Source: Nitrososphaeraceae archaeon
GTDB taxonomy: Archaea > Thermoproteota > Nitrososphaeria > Nitrososphaerales > Nitrososphaeraceae
Direction of reading: 5' to 3'
NCBI GenBank assembly: GCA_035250975.1
Contig: DATFEP010000064.1
Location: 1 to 64,000 of the forward strand
DNA length: 64,000 nt
Part shown: piece after piece, positions 30,897 to 40,545 of the stretch
How the letters are laid out: every line of letters begins with the position of its first letter
Position numbering within the stretch: position 1 is the first letter of the stretch
Notes under the pieces: model-generated
What the model was told of the DNA's origin: nothing
Seen by the model: the letters and a program-made list of their open reading frames with translations, nothing else
Databases searched by the model: none
Position numbers and translations under genes: made by a program

Positions 30897-31376
30897 TTAT
30901 TTTTCCATTGGACCCATCATGCCCATTTGACCCGGCATTGATTTCATACCATAATGGACCTTGTGCATGAATTCCTCTATTGTCATCTGACTAGTTTCCA
31001 ATATCTGTCCATTTCCAGCGTCAGTTATTACCTTAGTAACTTGATTATTTTCATCTAAAACATATGTAATGTAAGTTAGGTATCCATTTACTGGATGAAT
31101 AAATGATGCTATTGCAGATGATTTTTCACCAACATGCTGTTGTGCAGCAGATGATGCATCAGATAGAGTTACTTGGATAAGAGGGTCAAAAGCATTTCTA
31201 ATAACTGATTTTATATCTATAGAACCGGTCCAATTTGCTTGTGGAGCACTTGTCATATTGTTCATTGGTTGGGCATTTACATTAGAGACTATACTGTTAC
31301 CAACTGTTAAGAAGGAGATGGCAACAATAGAACCCATCATTAAGATTCCTAAATTCCTTTTGCTTTGCATAATCAA
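30897..31376 (-). CDS. secreted PepSY-like protein
   Basis: Signal peptide; TLSDA..AA...ITDAGNGQIL pattern; Met-rich C-terminus. Confidence 0.6.
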   Translation of the reverse strand: MIMQSKRNLGILMMGSIVAISFLTVGNSIVSNVNAQPMNNMTSAPQANWTGSIDIKSVIRNAFDPLIQVTLSDASSAAQQHVGEKSSAIASFIHPVNGYLTYITYVLDENNQVTKVITDAGNGQILETSQMTIEEFMHKVHYGMKSMPGQMGMMGPMEK

Positions 31377-31515
31377 ATATTAGAAAACTTTACTAAAAAA
31401 TATTTCTAAAGGTTTAAGCAATAAGGTGATAACGGAAATACTTTTATAGAAAAGTCATAGAGTGCAAAATAAAAATAAAAAATACAAACAAAGTTATTTT
31501 GATACAAATAAGAAA

Positions 31516-32007
31516 TTAGGATTCCAGAAATGATCTGAGCATCCAAGCCATCTTTTCATGTTCTTCCATTATTCCAGTCAAGAAATCTGTAGTTCCTGCG
31601 TCACCAAGTTGTTCACAAGTTTCTAAATCTTTTCGCAGTTGTCGTATAATAGTTTCATGATCATTTAACAATTTTTCAAGCATTGTGTTTGCATCTGGAT
31701 ATTCACTGGGATTTTCTTTTAATCGAGTTATTTGTAAAAATTCTGTCATAGTTGCTATAGTTTTTCCCCCGATCGATCTCACTCTCTCCGCTACTTCATC
31801 TACAATTTCAGATATTTGACCATATTGCTCGTCAAAAAATTTGTGTAGATCGTTAAATCGTGGATCGACTACATTCCAATGATAATTCTTTGTCTTTGTT
31901 AATAGTAAATATTCATCAGCTAGAGTAGCATTCAATATCCCAGTTATTTTTTCAACTGATCCATCATCTAGTCCTATCTTGATTTTTTTAGAAATAATAT
32001 TACTCAT
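31516..32007 (-). CDS. dps: Dps DNA-protecting ferritin-like protein
   Basis: NYHWNV, LHKFFDEQY, DEVAER, EKMAWML ferroxidase signature; ATG at 32007 preferred. Confidence 0.92.
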   Translation of the reverse strand: MSNIISKKIKIGLDDGSVEKITGILNATLADEYLLLTKTKNYHWNVVDPRFNDLHKFFDEQYGQISEIVDEVAERVRSIGGKTIATMTEFLQITRLKENPSEYPDANTMLEKLLNDHETIIRQLRKDLETCEQLGDAGTTDFLTGIMEEHEKMAWMLRSFLES

Positions 32008-32086
32008 AATTATAAAAAAGGTCAAACCACTAAATAAGTATTTGTCAAAAGTTAAATATTATTATTATATCAAGATTCTAACATTA

Positions 32087-32995
32087 TTACGGAATAAGAC
32101 TTAGAGAAATCAGTGTTCTCCATGATCTATTTTCAAAAACATGAGGATTTAGCCCTCTGATATTTACCTTATGAGACATTCTTTTTGATAAATATAGACC
32201 TAATGACCCTAATAGTCTCCACAACTGACTATCTGGATTTGATAGAAATGAATTCAATGCCAATTTTAAAAAAGAATATGTTGATCTATGGTTCTCCGAT
32301 ACATAATCTAACAGATGATCCTTTGAGGATGACAAAATGTAATGAGCATGTTCAAAAAGTTCTTTTTTGAGAGCATAATCAGTTTTTTGAATTTTTACCG
32401 ATCCGTTCAACATGCCTTCTAAAATTGAATCAAGGTTGTTTTCGGACTGAATAGTATTGATACAACGTCCAAGGGTAGATTCAATGTGAGAATCACTTCC
32501 TGCAACTGATATCATGTTTTTTTCTTTTGCAAATTTTTCAGCAGCGATATTAGAATAACTATCGATATTGTTACTGTTAAAAGATTCGATTAGATTGCAT
32601 TTTATTGCTTTCTCTCTTATTCCGTTCGATACAGCAAAAGGATGAGCTGCACAAGAAACTCCGTTTTGTCTTTTTATTTCATCGAGAGTTTCATCGATTG
32701 TCATTCCTGCTTTTATTGTTTTATTAATTCCATAAGCTAAAATATGACCTTTTGTATCAACTGTAATCTCTTCTGCAGGATAAATTGTTATGTTCTTATA
32801 TTTTTTGTGGTTTTCTTTGTAATCGCATATTTGTTTGTAACCATTAAGGGTGTTGTGATTGGTAACAAACAATATATCTATATTCTTCTCATAAGCGAAT
32901 TCTAGCTGCTTTTCTACAGTTACACCACAATCATATGGTATTCGAGTTGAACAGTTCATAAAATTAGAGAAAGTGTTATGACAATGTAATTCCAT
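32087..32995 (-). CDS. PHP-domain metal-dependent phosphoesterase
   Basis: LHCH, TNHN, AEE, GH, AHPF, GSDSH. Confidence 0.85.
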   Translation of the reverse strand: MELHCHNTFSNFMNCSTRIPYDCGVTVEKQLEFAYEKNIDILFVTNHNTLNGYKQICDYKENHKKYKNITIYPAEEITVDTKGHILAYGINKTIKAGMTIDETLDEIKRQNGVSCAAHPFAVSNGIREKAIKCNLIESFNSNNIDSYSNIAAEKFAKEKNMISVAGSDSHIESTLGRCINTIQSENNLDSILEGMLNGSVKIQKTDYALKKELFEHAHYILSSSKDHLLDYVSENHRSTYSFLKLALNSFLSNPDSQLWRLLGSLGLYLSKRMSHKVNIRGLNPHVFENRSWRTLISLSLIP

Positions 32996-33737
32996 TCTTA
33001 ATAACCGAGTCGTATCTAATAACCAGTAATCCTTAAATGGAATCTCTAATATATCGCTATCTGAACTCTATTCTTTAAAATATTAGTAATTTTTGATTAT
33101 CAAAGGTAAATTTTTCTGTATATCGAAGCAACACAATCTCTCGAAAATCAAGAATGTTGAAGGTGTAAAGGAAAATGCCATAGTATTTTACTATTGTCCT
33201 TGGCAGTTTTGTTAGATTTTCTTATTTTTATAAATAATATTTCTTAGTCTATTTTTATTTTAATTTTTATTATATCTTCTCTTGAACAAAGAGGTTTCTT
33301 TATATAAATGATCTATATATGCTATAATGACATGTTTAATATTTACTTTTGAAATTTTGAGATTGTTGTTAAAATATCTTAAGTTTCTTTTAATATGAAT
33401 ATATAGTTGTTCTTTGTCAAGAGTGGTAACTTTAAGCTGTAGTTTGGATTTATTTGTTTTATTTTCCACATCAAATGGAATAATTTTAATTTCTATAATA
33501 ATAGCACTTTAATTTGAAATCGGAGATTCTTGTTAATTATCCTATTTTTTCCCTATTCTATATCAGATATTTTCTGTGATTCCATAAATATTTCCTTTAC
33601 TGATTTTTTATCTTATTTTCATTTTTTTTAAATACATGTCCTAAACAGAAGCACATTTCGTTGAAGATATGTAAATATATTATAAAATGGTACAAAATAA
33701 ATCACGTAATGAAAAACAACGAAGATTTTTTATCTAT

Positions 33738-34775
33738 CTATCCACTGTTTTTGGCTAGAAACTTTACTAGATCCACTAGCCTGCATGCAAAACTCCATTC
33801 GTTATCGTACCATGAAAGAATCTTGACATATTTTCCCTTATTGTTTATTACCATTGTACTTAATCCGTCAACTATTGATGAATGACTATCTCCTATGATA
33901 TCAGAGGAAACAATAGGTTCCTCCGTATAAGATAATATATCCTTTAGATCCTCGTTAGATGCTTTCTTTAGCTCATTATTAATTTCATCTCTCGTGGCTT
34001 CCTTTTTTAAGTTTAGAACCATATCAGATATAGAACCGTTATTAACTGGAACTCGTAATGCCAGTCCATCAATTTTTCCTTCTAGTTCCGGAATTACTAT
34101 TCCTATTGCCTTAGCTGCTCCAGTAGTGGTAGGAATAATGGACATCATGGCAGATCGCGAACGTCTAAGGTCTTTATGATAAGAATCTAAAAGTCTCTGA
34201 TCATTAGTATAAGCATGTGTAGTTGTCATGTAACCACTTTCTATTCCAAATTTATCATTTAGAACTTTGATCACCGGGGCTATACAATTTGTAGTACATG
34301 ACGCCATCGAAATAATATTATGTTTTTGATTCTCATAAATTTGATTATTAACGCCCATAATTAGTGTCGCATCTGGATTTTTGGCAGGGGCGGAAATAAT
34401 TACTTTTCTTGCTCCCGCGAGTATGTGTTTTTGGGTATTTTCTTTGTCGTTAAACTTTCCTGATGATTCCAATACAAAAAATATGTTTAATTCCTTCCAT
34501 GGAAGCTTAGAGGGATCGCTTTCAGAAATGATATTTATCCTTTTATCTTTATTTATTATTAATACCTTATTAGTTTCGTCTATTTCAATATCTCCTTCAA
34601 ATTTTCCAAATGTAGAATCATACTTGAAGAGATGAGATAGTTCCTTTATGTTTGCAAGATCATTAATCGCCTTTATTTCAATGATATCATTAAATTCTTT
34701 GTCAAGAAGAGATGATTTTAGAAAGCTACGTCCTATTCTCCCAAAACCATTGATAGCTAGGTTTAACTTTAACAT
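33738..34775 (-). CDS. gap: glyceraldehyde-3-phosphate dehydrogenase, class I (bacterial type)
   Basis: INGFGRIGR, ASCTTNC, HAYTNDQ, IIPTTTGAAKA, WYDNE. Confidence 0.95.
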   Translation of the reverse strand: MLKLNLAINGFGRIGRSFLKSSLLDKEFNDIIEIKAINDLANIKELSHLFKYDSTFGKFEGDIEIDETNKVLIINKDKRINIISESDPSKLPWKELNIFFVLESSGKFNDKENTQKHILAGARKVIISAPAKNPDATLIMGVNNQIYENQKHNIISMASCTTNCIAPVIKVLNDKFGIESGYMTTTHAYTNDQRLLDSYHKDLRRSRSAMMSIIPTTTGAAKAIGIVIPELEGKIDGLALRVPVNNGSISDMVLNLKKEATRDEINNELKKASNEDLKDILSYTEEPIVSSDIIGDSHSSIVDGLSTMVINNKGKYVKILSWYDNEWSFACRLVDLVKFLAKNSG

Positions 34776-34863
34776 ATTACGGATACGACTATTCTTTCTA
34801 TTAAGGTATTTTCTAATTCAATCAATAAATATAATTTATTTACTAGATAATCACAAGAGCATT

Positions 34864-35334
34864 ATGAATGAAAATAAAAAATTTTCAAAAATTTTAGTTC
34901 CCATTGATGGTTCTGAACATTCATTTCACGCATCTCAAGTAGCCCTTAACATAGCAGAAAAATTTAATGCAAAAGTAATTTGTTTATATGTTATTGTAGC
35001 TCCATCGCCACAAGAATATGTTAATTTGACTGGACTTGTTACGCCAAAACAAATCGAAAGGATAATTGATAACGCAAAGGAAGAATCCAAGGACTGGTTT
35101 GAAAGGATCAAGAATTCGGCAAAGGAAGACAAGATGCAGATTGAAATAACAACAGAAGTTATTTTGACCGGTTTGGCTGCATATGGTGAAATAATCCAAT
35201 TTGCTGAAAAGGAAAATATAGATTTGATAGTTATTGGCACAAGAGGGAGAACTGGATTTAAAAAGGTACTGTTGGGTAGTACTGCATCAGGAGTAGTAAC
35301 TTATGCTCATTGTCCAGTTATGGTGGTAAAATAA
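34864..35334 (+). CDS. universal stress protein
   Basis: ILVPIDGS; GTRGRTGFKKVLLGST; ATG at 34864 (the longer ORF overlaps gap antisense). Confidence 0.92.
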   Translation: MNENKKFSKILVPIDGSEHSFHASQVALNIAEKFNAKVICLYVIVAPSPQEYVNLTGLVTPKQIERIIDNAKEESKDWFERIKNSAKEDKMQIEITTEVILTGLAAYGEIIQFAEKENIDLIVIGTRGRTGFKKVLLGSTASGVVTYAHCPVMVVK

Positions 35335-35995
35335 ACAATCTTGGCAGTTCAAAAAAAATTCATATGAGTTTAATAAACTCAAATAAAAGATTCTATTTTT
35401 GTTTATTATTTTGTGTATTATGTTGTTTATATGAACAACACAGTCATCGAAGCATTACAAATCGTAATGCTATTTAGGGTAAAAAATATCAAAAATGTAA
35501 TTTCTTCAAAATTAAAAAAAGTCTTTTTTGGAATTGTCGGATTATATCTTATATCTATTTTCGACATGATTTTAACATAGAATATTCTTAGTCTATATCA
35601 TCGGTCCCACCTTCAGACTGGGAAATCATATTACCTTGGATTATATTGTGCTGATTTTTTTGGTATATTATTTGGTTTGATGTCGATAAAGGGTCATACT
35701 TTGTTTGCTTGGAAACATATTTAACATAAATATTTTTGTTCTATATGAGAAAATTCAAAAAAAAGGCGAATGATTCTTTTCCCAACAAATAACACTGGTA
35801 TATTCAGCATTAGGTTCCCTTGCAGATAATGGCTTTGACTTCCTTTCCAATGTAGAATCAGAAGTAAATAATCCTTCTATAGGGATTACCAGAGATATTT
35901 TTTTGATTATTTGTGTATTAATAATGGTAAATATTTCAATTTAATTAAGCTTAAAGTAAAATGTAAAAGATAAATAATAAATGTAAAAGATAATA

Positions 35996-36475
35996 ATGAT
36001 AGGTGTACTAATCAAATATATGGATAAATTTACAAAGATACTAGCGCCAATTGATGGGTCAAAACCTTCTATGGATGCTGCAAATTATGCCCTATCACTC
36101 GCAAATAAATTTTCCTCCGAATTATATATCGTATCAGTAGTACCGTCTAAGGTAAAATATGGAGATTCTTCTGGTTTTTTCGGTATGGTTCCTCCTAAAT
36201 ACTTTGATAAATATAAAAAGGAAGCTGAAATATGGTTTGATGAAGTAAAAAAACGATTAGAAGACAGTGAAATTAAAAATATAAAGATAAATACAGAAGT
36301 AATAACAAGTCCACTTTCCATTTCTGGCACTATTTTGGAATATGCCGAAAATTTGAACATAGATCTTATCGTTACGGGAACCAAAGGCAAAACAGGATTC
36401 AAAAAATTATTAATCGGAAGTACCGCACAAGAAATAGTAACTTATGCACATTGCCCAGTATTAGTAGTTAGATAA
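35996..36475 (+). CDS. universal stress protein
   Basis: ILAPIDGS; GTKGKTGFKKLLIGST..AHCPVLVV; the start may be 36020. Confidence 0.92.
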   Translation: MIGVLIKYMDKFTKILAPIDGSKPSMDAANYALSLANKFSSELYIVSVVPSKVKYGDSSGFFGMVPPKYFDKYKKEAEIWFDEVKKRLEDSEIKNIKINTEVITSPLSISGTILEYAENLNIDLIVTGTKGKTGFKKLLIGSTAQEIVTYAHCPVLVVR

Positions 36476-36691
36476 ACCCTTTTTAATTATTTTATTAATA
36501 GATTCAAAACGAACACAATATTAACAAAATGTAATTATCAGTTCTTTTGAAGTATTTTTCATATAAATTAAAACTGACAATCTCTACCATAGTAGGTAGG
36601 ATATCTACTAATACATTCCATTATAGAACTATCAAGAAAGAGATGGCCGATTAAATAATCATTATATGTGACAAAGTTAACAATTATGTAA

Positions 36692-37534
36692 ATGGACGAG
36701 AAAGAAGAAGTAATAGCTGAGATGAGACATGATGTAAATCTTACATCAAATGATGGTAAAACTCTTGTATATTCTATGCCTGAATTTAAAAACATTGTAT
36801 TGAAAGATCCTGTTTTGATTGCAGGATTTCCTGGTCCTGGATTGGTGGGTTCTATATCTGTAAATTACCTCATAGAAAAATTGCAGATGAAACAGATTGG
36901 ATGTGTAGAATCTGAGTTTATCATTCCTGGAGTTATATATTATGATGGAAGATTGAGACACCCATTTAGACTCTATTCAAATCAAGAAGGCTCCTTATGT
37001 GTACTAGTATGTGAAGCACCAATTTTGATAAGAGGAATAAGTTCCGTCTTAAATCTCGTAATGAAATGGTGTAATAATAATAACGTACAGGAAGTTCTGG
37101 TGCTAGGGGGATTTTCTAGACCTGGTCTGGATAATTCAAAGAGAGAACCCTATATATTTTCAAGTATAAACGAAGATAGCGTACAAAAAACAAGTTTTGA
37201 CAGAAAAATAATCACGACTTATCTAGAACCCACGACTTTTATCGGAGGAATACCGGGGGGTTTATTATCATCATCTCTTGCAAACAACATCCCATGTACT
37301 GCATTATTCATTCCCTCACGAGATGACCTCCCAGATGCGGAAGGTGCTGCCATCATAATAGATGAAATAAATAAAATAACTAAGGATGAAAAACTAAAAG
37401 TGGATACATCTCAATTGAGACAAGAAGGAGAAAATTTGAAAAAAAGAATGTTAGAATTTATAGAATCTCTCCGTAAAGAAGTTTCTCGCGTACAGAAAGC
37501 ATCGGGGGAGGCAGAGCCAATCATTTATGGATAA
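36692..37534 (+). CDS. PAC2 family proteasome assembly chaperone
   Basis: LIAGFPGPGLVG, HPFRLY, PDAEGAA; C-terminal IYG (HbYX-like). Confidence 0.88.
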   Translation: MDEKEEVIAEMRHDVNLTSNDGKTLVYSMPEFKNIVLKDPVLIAGFPGPGLVGSISVNYLIEKLQMKQIGCVESEFIIPGVIYYDGRLRHPFRLYSNQEGSLCVLVCEAPILIRGISSVLNLVMKWCNNNNVQEVLVLGGFSRPGLDNSKREPYIFSSINEDSVQKTSFDRKIITTYLEPTTFIGGIPGGLLSSSLANNIPCTALFIPSRDDLPDAEGAAIIIDEINKITKDEKLKVDTSQLRQEGENLKKRMLEFIESLRKEVSRVQKASGEAEPIIYG

Positions 37535-38062
37535 GCAGAAAAAAATATTATAATATTTTCTAGCCATATCCAGTAGGTTGTGTTAATTTACAGACTGGAT
37601 GATTATTCAAAAGATGGAACAGGATATTATTAGTTATAAATCGATTAAATTATTTTTTAAAGTAAAAATTGACTCAAAATAGAACCACATTATATGATTA
37701 ATCAAATAATTTGTATTATTTTTTGAGAGTATATAAGGAAATGAAATTACCCTATGTAAGTTAAGTTGAATCCATTCATCTCGATAGCTTCACAAACAAA
37801 TAAATTATAAAGAAGATATAAACTGTGATCTGTACAGTCTCATGTCCCTGCCTTAGTAACGTATGTACTAGTGAAATAACAATATTAATTTAATGATATC
37901 ATTTTAATTGTTTTTTGTATGTTTTTGGTTTTCTATAGTTTTTGTCCCAATTACAATTTTTTTCTTTTGTTGAATTGTGTTCTGTATTTTTGCTTATTAA
38001 TTATTCGAGATTAAAATCAAATACATCATGTAGAATCAGAATCTATTTCATTAATTTTTGTA

Positions 38063-39250
38063 TTAGCGGCCCTCCATGAATCGTCGCCTCTTTCTGGTAT
38101 ACTTTAAGATTTCATCATAATCAGCTCTTTCTTGCGCCGCATTTAGTATATCGGTTTTACTTACAATACCAATCAGTTTGAAATCATCATCAACTACAAA
38201 TATTCTGTTCATCCTTTTTCGAACTAACTGTTCTAAAGCATTATTAACTTGCATGTCTGATTTCATAACTATCAAATTTGATAGTGGTTGCATGATATCA
38301 ATTGTTTTTTTTTCAAAAAATGATTCTCCTTTGTTTAAAATATCATCTGTTGAAACCATTCCGAGTAGCACGGAATGATCATCAGTGACAGGGAAAGATC
38401 CTTTCCTATATATATCAAAGTAATCTGAAATCAAATTTCTTATTGATAAATCAGGTTTTACCGAGACAAAACTTGTGTTCATTATATCCTTTAACCTCAT
38501 ATCTTTCAGGAGATTTGACATTTCAAACTGTTGCAGATATGATTTCGCCCCACTTTGAATAAACCATCCGATGAGTATTAACCATAATCCCCCAATTGGA
38601 GAGGCCCTAATAATCACTACAACGCCTAATCCAATTAGAACAAATGAGATGATTATTCCAACTTGCACAGATATTTTCGTTGCACGCTGATAATCCAGCC
38701 ATCGAACCAAGGCAGCCCTTAACATCCTTCCACCGTCCATAGGAAAAGCAGGAAGCAGATTAAAAGCACCTAACAGTATATTCACAATGAAACCATAAAG
38801 TAAAACTCCTTTCAATACTTGAAGGTATGTTTCTGCTTCTATTCTTTCGGTACTAATGAAATTAATTAAAAGAAAAAATGATAAAAAAATGCCTCCTAAT
38901 CCAAAACTTGTTAATGGTCCTATCACAGCAATTTTGAATTCTTTTCTGAAATCCCGTGTTTCCTCTTTAATCTCAGAAATGCCTCCAAATATAAATAGAA
39001 TTATTTGATCTACTTTTACTCCATATTTGGTTGATAGAATAGAATGTGCTAATTCATGGATCAGTACGGAAACAAACAATATAATGGCGCCTGAAATTCC
39101 CATCACAACATACTCTGTTCTCGTCAAGTTAGGATAATAGTGTGGCATAAATCCAACTGATAAGGTCCAAGTAAGAAAAACAAAGATAAAGATTAATGTA
39201 AAATGTAATTTTATCGGAATATTTTTAATTTTTAATATCTGTAATGACAT
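38063..39250 (-). CDS. site-2 protease (M50) with tandem CBS domains
   Basis: HELAH, GPLTS, FNLLPAFPMDGG, and a C-terminal CBS pair. Confidence 0.93.
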   Translation of the reverse strand: MSLQILKIKNIPIKLHFTLIFIFVFLTWTLSVGFMPHYYPNLTRTEYVVMGISGAIILFVSVLIHELAHSILSTKYGVKVDQIILFIFGGISEIKEETRDFRKEFKIAVIGPLTSFGLGGIFLSFFLLINFISTERIEAETYLQVLKGVLLYGFIVNILLGAFNLLPAFPMDGGRMLRAALVRWLDYQRATKISVQVGIIISFVLIGLGVVVIIRASPIGGLWLILIGWFIQSGAKSYLQQFEMSNLLKDMRLKDIMNTSFVSVKPDLSIRNLISDYFDIYRKGSFPVTDDHSVLLGMVSTDDILNKGESFFEKKTIDIMQPLSNLIVMKSDMQVNNALEQLVRKRMNRIFVVDDDFKLIGIVSKTDILNAAQERADYDEILKYTRKRRRFMEGR

Positions 39251-39925
39251 AACCTCATATAGTAAGGTTATACAATTTAAGGAATTTGTTCATCAAACAT
39301 AAGTAGATATTTATTTTGTATATCAGTATATAAGAGTTGAAAAACTAGTATTACTATTCCTAGTGAAATTATTGGCACTGTCTAACTGTTTGTGCTACAC
39401 ATTACTTTATCTCAAGCAATTATTGATGTATAGACTGAAGGTGTATACATCAAGGTTAATTCAAATAACCAATGGAAATCCAAATATCAAGATATCTAGT
39501 TGGCCTCTTGACGGATGTGATCGTTTTGATTACAGATATAAATAACTGGATAAGTATACAGAAAATTACAAGATGACACAATGAGATCATTATGACAGTT
39601 AACTTAAGGAGGATTTGCAGCTAAACAAAAAAATATTGATTTCGATAAAGTGCAAGTTGATGGGAAGATAATGGATTACAAAGAAATTCATATTAATATA
39701 TCGTAAAAATATTGATGTGTTTGTTATTAAAAATTTTGAGGTCTTAAACGAAAATGAAAATAGTTCAATCAAATCAACGAATTAATACTAGGAAACATGA
39801 AATGTTTTTGTTGTACTAATGGATATCCCTACAAATAACGAGTTCGTGCCGTAAAGTTAAAATCAAGAATTCAAAAGAAAATTAAAAGTATTTATGCTAA
39901 TATGTTATAAAATATTCAAACAAAT

Positions 39926-40345
39926 TTGACCGAACCTAAGGATATTTCAGCCAGTTATGACACTATATTAAAAGAAAGTGCTTTATTAACAACGTTCTCT
40001 GGAATTTTATTTGGATTCATATTAAATATTTCCATTAATCCTCCGATATCTTTTTCATACATTGATAAGGTTCTATTACTTATTGCATTGTATTCAATCA
40101 CCGTTGCGGCATGTCTTTTTGTCATGCCGATTATTTATCATCATATTCAATATCCATACCATGACTTTGAGAAGATTAGAAAAAGAAGTCATAGATTTAT
40201 ATTCACTGGACTTATTCCAGCCGGGGTAACACTGGTATTAGGTTTAGATATTGCAAGCTCAGCGTTGATTAACAGACCCGAGGCTTTTATTCTCTCGCTG
40301 ATACCAATCATAATGGTTCTAATATTATATATTAAAAGAAAATGA
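39926..40345 (+). CDS. DUF6328-like small membrane protein
   Basis: Four TM segments; ILFGFIL and P..YH pattern. Confidence 0.6.
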   Translation: MTEPKDISASYDTILKESALLTTFSGILFGFILNISINPPISFSYIDKVLLLIALYSITVAACLFVMPIIYHHIQYPYHDFEKIRKRSHRFIFTGLIPAGVTLVLGLDIASSALINRPEAFILSLIPIIMVLILYIKRK

Positions 40346-40545
40346 TATATTAATAACAAACATATAGAAAAAATATTTTTTTTAACGTCGTCGATTCCAA
40401 ATATGATTTATGTAGGTAGGATTTGCAAGAGTGATATTATAATAATTACTAATATGAATAATAAAAAACCTTTACATAATAAAGATTTTATAATAAGAAA
40501 AATATGATACTATAAATACACTATATAATATAACAATTTAAAGAA

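Noticed and set aside
33070-33737. Long AT-rich gap containing ORF 33260-33469
   Set aside because: No motif, repeat or RNA structure recognised.
34648-34863. Apparent 72-aa N-terminal extension of the first USP
   Set aside because: It overlaps gap antisense; the USP fold begins at the ATG at 34864.
35431-35910. Short interrupted reading frames between the two USPs, including one in-frame TAG
   Set aside because: May be decayed coding DNA, but no family is recognisable and nothing supports stop-codon readthrough.
39363-39760. Fragment GFAAKQKNIDFDKVQVDG faintly resembling OsmC-family proteins
   Set aside because: Too short and lacks the diagnostic Cys; needs BLASTX before calling a pseudogene.
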